NCBI GenBank assembly: GCA_028718605.1 | Contig: JAQULM010000002.1 | Coordinates: forward strand, 1,776-65,775 | Direction of reading: 5' to 3' | DNA length: 64,000 nucleotides | Source of the DNA: Patescibacteria group bacterium | GTDB taxonomy: Bacteria > Patescibacteriota > Patescibacteriia > UBA10025 > JAHIVO01 | In this document: positions 9,216 through 19,167 of the stretch, in pieces | Numbering within the stretch: position 1 is the first letter of the stretch | How the letters are laid out: each line of letters opens with the position of its first letter | The notes under the pieces: generated by a model | What the model saw: only the letters and a program-made list of their open reading frames with translations | The model's database searches: none | What the model was told of the DNA's origin: nothing | Program-made: the position numbers and the translations under genes

Positions 9216-12134
9216 TTACTGCTTCTTGATGCCAAAAATCACCGCGGTGCCGCCGACATCGAGAATCTTTTTGAGGTCAACGTTCGCCGGCACGCCCTCG
9301 AAGCAATCGCCGGCAATGACATCGCGGCAAAAATCGGCTTTATAGTGCTGTACGATCCCTTTAAGCTGGGTATCGGCGATCTCATAGTACACAGAGATGA
9401 CGTCAGTTACGGTCAGGCGCGCGTCTTTCCGCATCGAATTCACGTGCCGCACCAGCTCACGCACAATGCCACGTTCACGGAGCTCATCGGTGATTGTCGT
9501 ATCGAGCGAGACGGCGACGCCTGGGGCTTCAGCATGGACGAACTCGCTGCCAGTCGGCTTGCGTGATGCGAAAACAACTGCATCGACGTTCATTTCTTCC
9601 TGGATAAGCGGGAGCAGGTCCTCATCAATCTTCTCACATCTGAGGATAAATTGTGCGAGCGGTTGGCGTACTTTGATCTTGTGCTGCTTGCGGAGGCTGT
9701 GGCCGAGCTCAACGGCATGCCAGACGCGCTTCATCTGTGAAAGGAGTTTTTCGTCGATCAGTGAACGTTCGCTCGCCGGCCAATCAATGCAATGGACGCT
9801 CACCCGCGGCTTTAGCCCAACAACTTCGTTGTACAGCGCATCGGCGATAAATGGCGCGAATGGCGCGACTAATTTTGAAAATTCGACAAAGACGTACCGT
9901 AACGTTCCGAGTGCCGCATCCCTGCCATCAGCGCCTTTCTTGAACCGGTCCCGCGAACGGCGTACGTACCATGTCGAGAGATCATTGATAAACGCCCCTA
10001 CCTTCCTCCCCGCCTCGGTTATCTCGTACGAATCAAGGTGCTTGGTCACGGAACAGATGAGCTCATGCAATCGCGCGATCACCCACCGGTCAAGCACATG
10101 AGTCACCTTCGGGAGTTTAACGACGGCTGAATGGGGGCCTGCACCTGCGTGCATTTTCCAGAATGTAACGACATTCCAGAGTATCATCCAGTTTTTTCTG
10201 AACACGTCCCCGAGACTCCTTTCATCAAAAAGCTTCACGTCACCAGGCTGGTTCATGGTCAGGAGATGCCAGCGCAGGGTATCTGCGCCATAGCTATCCA
10301 TCATCTTGAACGGGTCAACGACATTGCCGCGCGACTTCGACATTTTCTTCCCCTTCGCATCCATAATGTGTGCGAGGCAAATGACATTTTTGTAGGGGGC
10401 GCCTTTCCCAAGCAATGTCGAAACGGCAAGCAGCGTATAGAACCACCCGCGTGTCTGGTCAATCGCTTCGGCAATATATTCTGCGGGAAAACTTACTTCC
10501 TCATCAATGCGTTCTTTGTTCTCAAACGGGTAGTGCCACTGGGCAAACGGCATGCACCCGGAGTCAAACCAGACGTCAACCACTTCTTTGACTCGTGTAT
10601 ATTCCTTGCCGTCTTTGACAAGGACGATCGTGTCGACGTTCGGACGATGCATATCGAAATTCTTCCCAACGGTAGATGAATCCTTTGCAAGCGCTCGCAG
10701 CTCTTCGATCGAACCGATGCATATCCGGTCGCCATCGGCTGACTCCCAGATCGGCAGCGGCGTTCCCCAGTACCGTTCGCGCGAAAACGCCCAATCCTTC
10801 ACCTCATCGAGCCACTCGCCAAACCTGCCGTGTTTGATGTACCCAGGCACCCAATTAATTTTTTCGTTGTTCTTCTTGAGCTCAGCTTTTAACGCGCTCA
10901 TTTTGATAAACCACGAGTCCTTCGCGTAATACAGCAGGGGCGTATCGCACCGCCAACAGAACGGGTAATCGTGCCGGTACAGTTCCTCCTGCAGCAGCAA
11001 GCCCTTGGTACGCAAGGAATCAACGATCTCCCGCTCAACTTTTTTATCTTTGACGAATTTCCCTGCGAGCCCGGGTACGTCATCGGTAAATAAGCCTGCC
11101 TCATCAACCGTGTGGTGTTTGGGCAGGCCGACCTGTTCACCCAAGCGATAATCATCTTCACCGTACATGACTGCTGTATGCACGATCCCGGTACCCTCGT
11201 CGGTGTTCACGAAATCAGCCGGGTACACGTGGTATGATTTCTCAGATTGTAATGCTTTAATATCAAATAGTGGTTCATACTTCAAATCAACTAGTTCTGA
11301 TCCCTTCATCTCTTTTAACACTTTGCTTTTCATCTTGAGCCTCGGGAGTGCGGCTTTTGCGAGAATGTATTCCTCCTTTTCGACTTTCACCCGCGCATAA
11401 TCGATATCAGCACCAACAGCAAGGGCAACATTACCAGGAAGCGTCCAGGGTGTGGTTGTCCAGGAGAGGATGTATGTATTGTCTTCTCCAATAACTTTAA
11501 ATTTCACGTACACCGAATTCTCCTCAACCGACTGGTACCCCTGGGCAACTTCATGAGACGACAGTGCAGTGCCGCAGCGCGGACAGTGCGGAACAACTTT
11601 ATAGCCTTTATAGAGCAATTTCTTATCCCAAATCTGTTTGATGATCCACCAGAGTGATTCGACGTACTCGTTATCATACGTAACGTACGGGTGCTCCAAA
11701 TCAAGCCAAAAACCGACGCGGCGGGTCATGTGCTCCCATTCTTTCTTGTACTTCCACACGCTCTCCTTGCACTTCTCATTGAATTTTTTGATGCCAAATT
11801 TTTCAATTTCGGGCTTGCCGGAAATCTTCAGTTCCTTCTCGACCTGCAATTCTACGGGTAGCCCGTGCGTGTCCCATCCTGCTTTGCGCTCAACAAAAAA
11901 TCCCCGCATGGTCTTGTACCGGCAGATGACGTCCTTATACGTGCGCGCGAGCACGTGGTGAATGCCGGGTTTGCCGTTCGCAGTCGGCGGCCCCTCGAAA
12001 AAAACGAACGGTTGCTTCCCTTTCGTCCTGTCGAGTGATTTTTCAAACACCCGCTCCGCATCCCAGAACGCGAGTACCTCTTTCTCCATCTGGGGGAAGT
12101 TGAACGAGCTTGTTTCTTTCTTTTCTGTATCCAT
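9216..12134 (-). CDS. ileS: Isoleucine-tRNA ligase (IleRS2-type)
   Basis: 'EGPPTANGKPGIHH', 'GWDTHGLPVE', 'WTTTPWTLPGN', 'DQTRGWFY', KMSKS. Confidence 0.97.
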   Translation of the reverse strand: MDTEKKETSSFNFPQMEKEVLAFWDAERVFEKSLDRTKGKQPFVFFEGPPTANGKPGIHHVLARTYKDVICRYKTMRGFFVERKAGWDTHGLPVELQVEKELKISGKPEIEKFGIKKFNEKCKESVWKYKKEWEHMTRRVGFWLDLEHPYVTYDNEYVESLWWIIKQIWDKKLLYKGYKVVPHCPRCGTALSSHEVAQGYQSVEENSVYVKFKVIGEDNTYILSWTTTPWTLPGNVALAVGADIDYARVKVEKEEYILAKAALPRLKMKSKVLKEMKGSELVDLKYEPLFDIKALQSEKSYHVYPADFVNTDEGTGIVHTAVMYGEDDYRLGEQVGLPKHHTVDEAGLFTDDVPGLAGKFVKDKKVEREIVDSLRTKGLLLQEELYRHDYPFCWRCDTPLLYYAKDSWFIKMSALKAELKKNNEKINWVPGYIKHGRFGEWLDEVKDWAFSRERYWGTPLPIWESADGDRICIGSIEELRALAKDSSTVGKNFDMHRPNVDTIVLVKDGKEYTRVKEVVDVWFDSGCMPFAQWHYPFENKERIDEEVSFPAEYIAEAIDQTRGWFYTLLAVSTLLGKGAPYKNVICLAHIMDAKGKKMSKSRGNVVDPFKMMDSYGADTLRWHLLTMNQPGDVKLFDERSLGDVFRKNWMILWNVVTFWKMHAGAGPHSAVVKLPKVTHVLDRWVIARLHELICSVTKHLDSYEITEAGRKVGAFINDLSTWYVRRSRDRFKKGADGRDAALGTLRYVFVEFSKLVAPFAPFIADALYNEVVGLKPRVSVHCIDWPASERSLIDEKLLSQMKRVWHAVELGHSLRKQHKIKVRQPLAQFILRCEKIDEDLLPLIQEEMNVDAVVFASRKPTGSEFVHAEAPGVAVSLDTTITDELRERGIVRELVRHVNSMRKDARLTVTDVISVYYEIADTQLKGIVQHYKADFCRDVIAGDCFEGVPANVDLKKILDVGGTAVIFGIKKQ

Positions 12135-12211
12135 ACAAAGTAGTTATTAGCGTACCAAAAAAAGACGCTTCACGCAAGGAGACGAGATGGAATTGATTAC
12201 TGAAAATTGGA

Positions 12212-12240
12212 TTGACACCGCAACGCCCGCATGGTACGCT
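12212..12240 (+). promoter_or_regulatory. sigma70-like promoter of the DUF47-pit operon
   Basis: TTGACA-17 nt-TACGCT; AAGGAGG SD before ATG 12284. Confidence 0.55.
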
Positions 12241-12283
12241 TGTGTAATTTTGAAAATAAAACGAAACAAAAAAGGAGGATGCG

Positions 12284-13123
12284 ATGGCAACATCGAGTCC
12301 GAAACACAGCCCGTTGATAAATGGACTGATCTACATACTCAGCTTCCGATGGGTAAAACGAATCCGTTTTATCCCGCCGCACGAGCGTGAATTCTACCGC
12401 CGATTTTCCGAAATCGCCGAATCCCTCGTGGAAGCGAGCAATCTTCTCATTCAGCTTGTCGAAAAGGGGCAAGCAAGCCACGATCAAATCGCGCACAGGA
12501 TCGCTCTCGTTAAACAGCATGGAAAAACAGTTCGGGACGCAATCAAAATGCTGATCAATGAAGCCCAGCAGCCCCCCTTCAACCGCTCTGATATTTCTAC
12601 GCTCACTGAGAACGCGATGAAAACAATCAAGGCGATCGACCGCGCAGCACAGCGGTTTATGCAGTACAGGGTCGAATCGGACGAGACGATGCGTAAATTC
12701 GCAGATGACATTCAAGCAGCATGCGAAGCATTCAGGCGCGCTATGAAATCACTCGACAAACGAGCCGCACGAAGGCGCATCCCGGCGTGGATTAGCGAGA
12801 TCGTACAGCTCGAAAACGATTCCGACGTGGTCTATGACCGTGCACTCTCGGGCCGGTACGCAAACATTATGGAAGACCTTGGTGCAGCGACAGAGCTGAT
12901 GGGAACAATCAAGAGCACAGCGCCCGACTCAAGCAACCAAGCGGCTGATACAAGCCTCCGAATCCAGACGCTCGAATCAGCGCTCAGCAGGCAATTTAAA
13001 CTGACCCGACACCTTGCCCTGTTCGTTGCTCGCCTCGCGCTCTACGGCATTCTCGAGGACACGCTCGATTATCTCCGGGATGCCGCCGAAACGCTCGGAA
13101 GGATGGTGGAGAACAATGCTTGA
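12284..13123 (+). CDS. DUF47 / Pit accessory phosphate transport regulator (PhoU-like)
   Basis: 'PPFNRSDISTL', 'IVQLENDSDVVYDRAL', 'LYGILEDTLD'; overlaps the pit gene. Confidence 0.8.
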   Translation: MATSSPKHSPLINGLIYILSFRWVKRIRFIPPHEREFYRRFSEIAESLVEASNLLIQLVEKGQASHDQIAHRIALVKQHGKTVRDAIKMLINEAQQPPFNRSDISTLTENAMKTIKAIDRAAQRFMQYRVESDETMRKFADDIQAACEAFRRAMKSLDKRAARRRIPAWISEIVQLENDSDVVYDRALSGRYANIMEDLGAATELMGTIKSTAPDSSNQAADTSLRIQTLESALSRQFKLTRHLALFVARLALYGILEDTLDYLRDAAETLGRMVENNA

Positions 13124-14111
13124 ACTCTGGCCGCTCCTGCTAATAATCAGCACAGCGCTCGTGTTCAACTTTGTGAATGGGTTCCACGATGCGGCGAATG
13201 CAATCGCCACAACCGTCGAAACCCGCGCGCTCTCCCCCCGTAAGGCAATTGTGCTCGCACAAACGCTGAACTTCCTCGGTGCACTTGTGTTCACCAGGGT
13301 CGCTCAAACTTACGGCGAGGGGATCGTCAACATCCACTCTCTCACGCTGCCTGTGCTGTTCGGCGCGCTCCTCGGCGCTATCGGGTGGGGAGTCTTCACC
13401 TGGTACTTCGGCCTGCCTTCGTCGAGCACACACGCGCTCGTCGGCGGATTGCTCGGCACTGCGCTGCTTGCGAATGGGTTCAATACGAACATCATCGTAA
13501 CGTCGGGAATATACAAGATCGCCTTCGTCATGCTGTGCGCGCCGGTTGCCGGGTTCCTCGCGGGACTTCTGCTGGTAAGCGCACTGAGCTGGGCGAGCTG
13601 GAAATTCCCCCACTCAAAAACAAGCAGGTTCTTCCGCGGGCTGCAGCTCCTCTCCGCATCGTTCATGGCGTCGGTGCACGGTACCAACGATGCGCAGAAT
13701 ACGATGGGAATCATCGCTGTCGCGCTGGTTTCTGCCGGCACGATGTCAGCTTTCCACATCCCGTGGGAAGTGCGCATTTTGTCAGCCCTCGCCATGGGCT
13801 TCGGCACATCGGTTGGTGGCTGGCGCATCATGCGGACAATGGGAAAGGACGTAACGAAACTGGAGACGATCGACGGATGCGCCGCCGAGACTGGCGCCGG
13901 GCTGGTCATCCTGACCGCTTCCCTGTTCGGCATCCCGAATTCCACGACACATACGATCTCATCGGCCATCATGGGCACCGGCGCTGCCTATCGCCTGAGC
14001 AACGTGCGCTGGCGTAAAGTACGGCAAATCATCGGGAACTGGTTTATCACCATCCCCGGCGCTGCTGCATTCGCCATGCTCGCATACCTCCTGACGAGCT
14101 GGATATTCTGA
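13116..14111 (+). CDS. pit: Inorganic phosphate transporter, PiT family
   Basis: 'NGFHDAANAIAT', 'GLPSSSTHAL', 'HGTNDAQ', 'PNSTTH'; start set at MLELWP. Confidence 0.95.
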   Translation: MLELWPLLLIISTALVFNFVNGFHDAANAIATTVETRALSPRKAIVLAQTLNFLGALVFTRVAQTYGEGIVNIHSLTLPVLFGALLGAIGWGVFTWYFGLPSSSTHALVGGLLGTALLANGFNTNIIVTSGIYKIAFVMLCAPVAGFLAGLLLVSALSWASWKFPHSKTSRFFRGLQLLSASFMASVHGTNDAQNTMGIIAVALVSAGTMSAFHIPWEVRILSALAMGFGTSVGGWRIMRTMGKDVTKLETIDGCAAETGAGLVILTASLFGIPNSTTHTISSAIMGTGAAYRLSNVRWRKVRQIIGNWFITIPGAAAFAMLAYLLTSWIF

Positions 14112-14137
14112 GTAGATCAACCACGTTTGATAAAACG

Positions 14138-14170
14138 GTTCCGGACCTCCCTTGGGGGTTCGGAACTTTT
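14138..14170 (+). terminator. Intrinsic terminator after pit
   Basis: GTTCCGGACCTCC-CTTG-GGGGTTCGGAAC hairpin followed by TTTT. Confidence 0.6.
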
Positions 14171-14190
14171 ATTTTCACCAGACAACGGTT

Positions 14191-14469
14191 TTAACGGATA
14201 AAGTCCGGAAGTAAATCGGCGGAAATCGGCGCGAACACCACTTTCAGTGAACGCGTATGGCCTCTGAGCAGGCAGATGCTGCTTTTTGAAACATGAAAAA
14301 AGTCCGCGAGTACTCGCACGAGTTCTTCGTTCGCCGCTCCCCGTTCACGCTGGGCCGCTACTTTCACTTTGAGAAATTCTCCCTGCACGCCAATAACCTG
14401 GCTCTTCGCTGAACCAGCGAGAACTTTTACTGAAATCTGGACGCCTCCTTGGGCGCTGCGGTACCACAT
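14191..14469 (-). CDS. DUF167/YggU family protein
   Basis: 'LKVKVAA..ERGAANEELVRVLADFFHVSKSSI.LLRGHTRSLK'. Confidence 0.9.
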   Translation of the reverse strand: MWYRSAQGGVQISVKVLAGSAKSQVIGVQGEFLKVKVAAQRERGAANEELVRVLADFFHVSKSSICLLRGHTRSLKVVFAPISADLLPDFIR

Positions 14470-14473
14470 TGGC

Positions 14474-15607
14474 CTATCCGAGATTTGTATACAGCTTCAC
14501 AGTTTCCCGCGCGCACCGGTCCCAGGTGAATTCTGCCGCCTGTTTCCGCGCCCTCTCGATAAGCTGCGCGCGCAATTTCTTGTCCGACAGCACTTTGCGC
14601 AGGGCGATAGCAATATCGCGGTCATGTTCCGGATCAACCAGCAGCGCCCCTTTACCGGCGATTTCGGGCAGTGAGGACGTATTGCTCGTAACAACCGGCG
14701 TCCCGAGTTTCATCGCCTCCAGCACCGGCAGCCCGAAGCCTTCATAGCTCGACGGGAAAACGAAACATGCCGCGCCTTTCATCAACGCCATTTTCTGGTT
14801 ATGGGTAATGTACCCGAGGTACCGGACGTGCTTCTTCAATTTGAGCGCATTGATCTCGTCAAATATTTTTTCGTTCTCAAAATCCTTCGCGCCAGCAAGG
14901 ACCAATTGGTACTCCGAAAAACCAGGCTCCCATGAAATAAGCTGTTTGTATGCCCGTATGAGGGAGATGATGTTTTTCCGCGGCGTTAATGTGCCGACAA
15001 AGAGGATATACTTCGGGCCGAGTTTAAAGCGCTTGATATTGTCGAGCTGGCTGTTTTTAACGGGGATGCGGTCGACCATTGCACCCTCATAAATGACATG
15101 GATTTTCTTCGGAGGAACATTGAAAATATCGCGAAGGTCTCGCTTAGTGCTCTGTGAAACGGCAATTATTGCGTCAGCCTTGCGTAAACTCTGCGGTACA
15201 AGCAGCTTCGTGGAAAAAATTTGGGATGGAAACCACGACGGATTCTTGTATATCGCCAGGTCATGGACCGTCACGATCGATTTCTTCGGATACGTGAGCG
15301 GCAACGAGGTGATGGGTGAATGAAAAACATCGAGCGATTCCTTTACGAGAAAAGCGGAAATCAACATGTGCGAGTACGCAAACGGCAAAAAACGGTTATA
15401 CTGCGAGAAGGGAAAGTTTTTTACCGTAATATTTTTCTGCTCAAATTCGCGCATATCGCGGAACCGCCAGTCAAAAAACAACACATACTCATTCGCATGG
15501 TCGTGCTTCATGATGTGCTGTACGAGGTAATACGTATAATGGCCAACGCCCGCCCGCTCACCGAGCTTCGGATTGAGTGCTGTCCGGCAATCGATGCCAA
15601 TTTTCAT
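14474..15607 (-). CDS. Glycosyltransferase family 4 (GT-B)
   Basis: 'MKIGIDCR', 'VTVHDL', 'LFVGTLTPRKN', 'FVFPSSYEGFGLPVLEAM'. Confidence 0.93.
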   Translation of the reverse strand: MKIGIDCRTALNPKLGERAGVGHYTYYLVQHIMKHDHANEYVLFFDWRFRDMREFEQKNITVKNFPFSQYNRFLPFAYSHMLISAFLVKESLDVFHSPITSLPLTYPKKSIVTVHDLAIYKNPSWFPSQIFSTKLLVPQSLRKADAIIAVSQSTKRDLRDIFNVPPKKIHVIYEGAMVDRIPVKNSQLDNIKRFKLGPKYILFVGTLTPRKNIISLIRAYKQLISWEPGFSEYQLVLAGAKDFENEKIFDEINALKLKKHVRYLGYITHNQKMALMKGAACFVFPSSYEGFGLPVLEAMKLGTPVVTSNTSSLPEIAGKGALLVDPEHDRDIAIALRKVLSDKKLRAQLIERARKQAAEFTWDRCARETVKLYTNLG

Positions 15608-15624
15608 AGGGATTGCGGTCAATG

Positions 15625-17268
15625 CTACATCCGTTCAGGCGCGTTGACGCCCATCGCCTTAAGTACATTCTGGAGCACGGTCTGTGTCGCCTGGATAATC
15701 GCCAATCGGCGCTCATTCACCAGTGTGCCGTTGATGACGCGGCACCGCGTATAGAAATCATGGAACTTCGTCGCGACATCAATCGCGTAGTACGGAAGTT
15801 TGTGCACCTGGTACGTCTGTGCAATATCGAGGACGTATTCAGGCCACCGTACGAGCGTCGAGAGCAAGGTGACCTCCGACGGTTCAACAATCGCGCGCGT
15901 ATCAGAGGAAGCTCGTTTCAACGTTTTTGCCTTCCTCAGTATACTACAAATCCGAGCGTGCGCATACTGTACATAGTAGACCGGATTATCCTGTGACTGT
16001 TTTTTCGCAAGGTCGAGGTCAAAATCCATATGGGTGCCAAAATCGTGCATGAGGAAGAAGAATCGCGCAGCATCAACCCCGACCTCATCGATGAGCTCGT
16101 CGAGGGTAACAAACGTCCCTGAACGTTTGGACATCTTTACTTCTTCCCCATTTCGGATCAGCCGGACGAGCTGAGCAATGATGATGTCGAGCTTGCCGGG
16201 AAATTCAAACATACGCATGACCGCCTGGAGCCGCCCGATGTACCCGTGGTGGTCTGCGCCGAGGATATCTATGACGAGGTCAAACTTACGCTTCGCAAAC
16301 TTGTTCCAGTGGTACGCAATATCGGAGAGGAAATATACCGGCTCTTCGTTCGCTTTTATAAGCACGCGGTCCTTGTCGTCACCGAACTGTTTGGTCCGAA
16401 GCCATATTGCGCCTTCCTGCTTATACAGGAGGCCCCGCGCTTTAAGCTCCCGGAGCAGCGTATCGACAGTGCCGGATGTATACAACGACTTTTCCGAGAA
16501 CCATTTGTCATAGCGGATCCCGAGGCGTTTCTCAACGAGCTTCTTGATATCCCGAAGCATCTGCGTAAGGATGCGCCCTTTGATGCGCTCACGGATTTCT
16601 TCGAGCTTCTGTGTATTGGTAAGCTTGTAATTCGGGAGAAAGAGCTTCTTGGCGAGCTCCTTGATGTACGCCCCTTGATAACAGTACTCGGGATACTCGA
16701 TCGTAATTCCTTTATTCCTCCAATATTGCCGGAGGACTGACTCCGCGAGTATTCCGATTTGGTTCCCGGTATCATTCACATAATATTCCCGCTGCACCCG
16801 GTATCCGGCAAGCTGCAGCATAGTGGCGAGCGTGTCGCCCGCAAATCCGCCACGCCCGTTGCCGATATGGAGGGGGCCGGTCGGATTTGCCGAAATGAAT
16901 TCAACTTGTACGCGTTTGCCTGTCCCGAATGTCCCGACTCCGTATTTTTTTTTCAGGCGTACAATTTCCGCAACCTGTTTCGTAAGCCATGTATCCCGCA
17001 AGAAAAAATTGATAAATCCCGGCTGGACGATTTCAATTTTTTTAAATAACGGGCTTCGTCCAAAACGCCTGGTAATCTCTTCGGCGATTTCCGAGGGCTT
17101 GCGGTGCACGATGGATGCGAGTTTCAATGCGACATTCGTCGAATAATGCCCGAAGCGTTCATCCGGCGGATATGCCACATCAATGCCAACCGTACGCTCT
17201 GAAAGCGCAGGCCACGTCTGCTGAATGATGCGTTCAATCTTCGATGCAATAGTGAATTGTACATTCAT
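15625..17268 (-). CDS. argS: Arginine-tRNA ligase
   Basis: 'VEFISANPTGPLHIGNGR', 'GADHHGY', 'MSKRSG', 'NPVYYVQYAHARICSI', terminal 'APERM'. Confidence 0.97.
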   Translation of the reverse strand: MNVQFTIASKIERIIQQTWPALSERTVGIDVAYPPDERFGHYSTNVALKLASIVHRKPSEIAEEITRRFGRSPLFKKIEIVQPGFINFFLRDTWLTKQVAEIVRLKKKYGVGTFGTGKRVQVEFISANPTGPLHIGNGRGGFAGDTLATMLQLAGYRVQREYYVNDTGNQIGILAESVLRQYWRNKGITIEYPEYCYQGAYIKELAKKLFLPNYKLTNTQKLEEIRERIKGRILTQMLRDIKKLVEKRLGIRYDKWFSEKSLYTSGTVDTLLRELKARGLLYKQEGAIWLRTKQFGDDKDRVLIKANEEPVYFLSDIAYHWNKFAKRKFDLVIDILGADHHGYIGRLQAVMRMFEFPGKLDIIIAQLVRLIRNGEEVKMSKRSGTFVTLDELIDEVGVDAARFFFLMHDFGTHMDFDLDLAKKQSQDNPVYYVQYAHARICSILRKAKTLKRASSDTRAIVEPSEVTLLSTLVRWPEYVLDIAQTYQVHKLPYYAIDVATKFHDFYTRCRVINGTLVNERRLAIIQATQTVLQNVLKAMGVNAPERM

Positions 17269-17343
17269 GATTGCAGTATACCAAAAAAAACGTTCCTGTT
17301 CGAGCTTGCGCTCTCGGTCCGTTTTACGCAATACTATAGACAC

Positions 17344-17793
17344 ATGCCGCATATAACAACAAACAAACGTGCCCTGCATGATTACCACGTCTTGAAGAAA
17401 ATCGAGACCGGTATTGTGCTGACTGGCGCTGAAGTAAAATCAGCGAAAGGCGGGCTCGTGAACCTCAAGGGAAGCTATGTGACCGTACGGAATAATGAAT
17501 TGTGGCTCCTGAACATGCACATCAGCCCCTACCCCATGGCATCAACCCAGCGGCACCACGAACCACTCCGTGACCGGAAGTTACTCTTAAAACGTGCTGA
17601 GACCGCATCGCTCATCGGCACGTTGAGCACCCAAGGCTTGACAGTACTCCCACTTTCTGTTTATACTAAGGGAGGTCTGATCAAGGTTGAGGTGGGTGTC
17701 TGCCGTGGAAAAAAGCTGTACGATAAGCGCCAAATTCTAAAAAAGCGGGAATCTGACCGTGCCCTACGCCGCGTAATGCGGCAAAAGGAGTAA
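17344..17793 (+). CDS. smpB: SsrA-binding protein
   Basis: 'NKRALHDY..ETGIVLTGAEVKS', 'RKLLLKRAE', 'RGKKLYDKR'. Confidence 0.97.
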   Translation: MPHITTNKRALHDYHVLKKIETGIVLTGAEVKSAKGGLVNLKGSYVTVRNNELWLLNMHISPYPMASTQRHHEPLRDRKLLLKRAETASLIGTLSTQGLTVLPLSVYTKGGLIKVEVGVCRGKKLYDKRQILKKRESDRALRRVMRQKE

Positions 17794-17896
17794 CGAGGAA
17801 AGCGGTACCACCAACGCCACACGAAAAAACAACCCCGAATCGACGAAGAGCAACGAGGAGAAAACATCATGCGTTGTCTCCTCATATACTCTCCGT

Positions 17897-18303
17897 GGGA
17901 GCGTTTATAATCGACAGTGGCACATTGATAAGAACTGCAAACCGTCCGGTTCTATTACCACGACGCAAAACTGATGATAGAATTCTACAAATGCCAACTC
18001 ATTTGTAAGCAAAGTGGCGAACGCAATGCGCAATGCATTCGCGCCGTCATTTGCAACCGTAGCTGCCTAAAAACCAGCTGCCATCTTGCTCCGCCACGCC
18101 TGGTACGGAGACAAGGTGCCATTTCCAGGCTCGAGGTTTCGGCGTCCTGCCACCGCGCTGATTCCTGACACAACAACTGGCGGCACGGCGTGTGCTTTTT
18201 TGTTTATTTTGAGGCGTGCGCTCGTACCCTAAATAAACTATGTTTGTAGATGTTCTTGCAACGTTCTACATGGACAGGGGTGCAATACCCCTCGCTTCCA
18301 CCA
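17897..18303 (+). ncRNA. ssrA: tmRNA
   Basis: 5' GGGAGCG pairs with 3' CGCTTCC-ACCA including G3.U; TCGAC in the D-like region; T-arm GGGG-TGCAATA-CCCC; tag ORF 17993-18070 ending VAA-stop; directly downstream of smpB. Confidence 0.93.
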
Positions 18304-18339
18304 TAGCCAAAAACCAATTAATTAATAATCCAAACCCCT

Positions 18340-18885
18340 ATCAGCAGACGACGACGACCCCCTAAGCGGGTCGAAAAAAAGCGCCTCCGCGCAAACGAAT
18401 TCATCCGCGTACCGCAAGTCCGCCTGATCGACGAAACTGGTACAATTCTCGGCGTCATGGACACGTACCGTGCGATGCAGCTTGCCGAAGAACGCGGATT
18501 TGACCTCGTAGAGGTTTCACCGCTTGAACAGCCGCCGGTATGCAAAATCATGGACTACGGCGCATACCAGTACCAGCAAGAGAAAAAAGAGCGGAAGCAG
18601 AAAGCACACCAGAAAAAAATTGAGATTAAAGGCATCCGCCTTTCTATCAAAATCGGGCCACATGACCTCGATTTGCGCAAAAACCAAGCGCTCAAATTTT
18701 TAGAAAAAGGCGACAAAGTCCACATCGAGCTCATGCTCCGCGGCCGGGAACATGCCCATGCAGACCGTGCGTACCATATGATGCAGAAATTCGTAGAAAT
18801 GATCAGCGCGGAAACTACAATCAACATTGAGCAAGCGCTCGAACGCCAGGGACATGTGCTCTCAATGCTCATCGGAAGAAAATAA
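18340..18885 (+). CDS. infC: Translation initiation factor IF-3, non-AUG start
   Basis: Frame is open upstream of ATG 18457 and encodes the IF3 N-domain 'RANEFIRVPQVRLIDETG'; bounded by TAA 18319; candidate starts ATA 18325, ATC 18328, ATC 18340. Confidence 0.93.
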   Translation: MSRRRRPPKRVEKKRLRANEFIRVPQVRLIDETGTILGVMDTYRAMQLAEERGFDLVEVSPLEQPPVCKIMDYGAYQYQQEKKERKQKAHQKKIEIKGIRLSIKIGPHDLDLRKNQALKFLEKGDKVHIELMLRGREHAHADRAYHMMQKFVEMISAETTINIEQALERQGHVLSMLIGRK

Positions 18886-18968
18886 TTAACGCGCAGCGAC
18901 GGCTGGGGAAGTGCACACCGCTCAACCCGCCGATATACCTGCACAATAGTTTTTTTGAACCAATATCT

Positions 18969-19166
18969 ATGCCAAAACTGAAGACACATCAAGCAACAAC
19001 GAAACGGTTCCATTTTTCTGGAAAGGGAAAAATAATGCGCCGGAAAGCCGGCCAGGACCATTTCAATTCCCGCGAATCCGGCGAGGACACGAAACGCAAA
19101 CGCCGGGATACCCAGGCTCATCGGACAGAACACAAAGCGATTAAAACAGTAACGCCATACCATTAA
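18969..19166 (+). CDS. rpmI: 50S ribosomal protein L35
   Basis: 'MPKLKTHQATTKRFHFSGKGKIMRRKAG'; infC-rpmI-rplT order. Confidence 0.95.
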   Translation: MPKLKTHQATTKRFHFSGKGKIMRRKAGQDHFNSRESGEDTKRKRRDTQAHRTEHKAIKTVTPYH

Positions 19167-19167
19167 T

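Noticed and set aside
12135-12283. T-box riboswitch ahead of ileS
   Set aside because: No T-box consensus; the short region holds divergent promoters.
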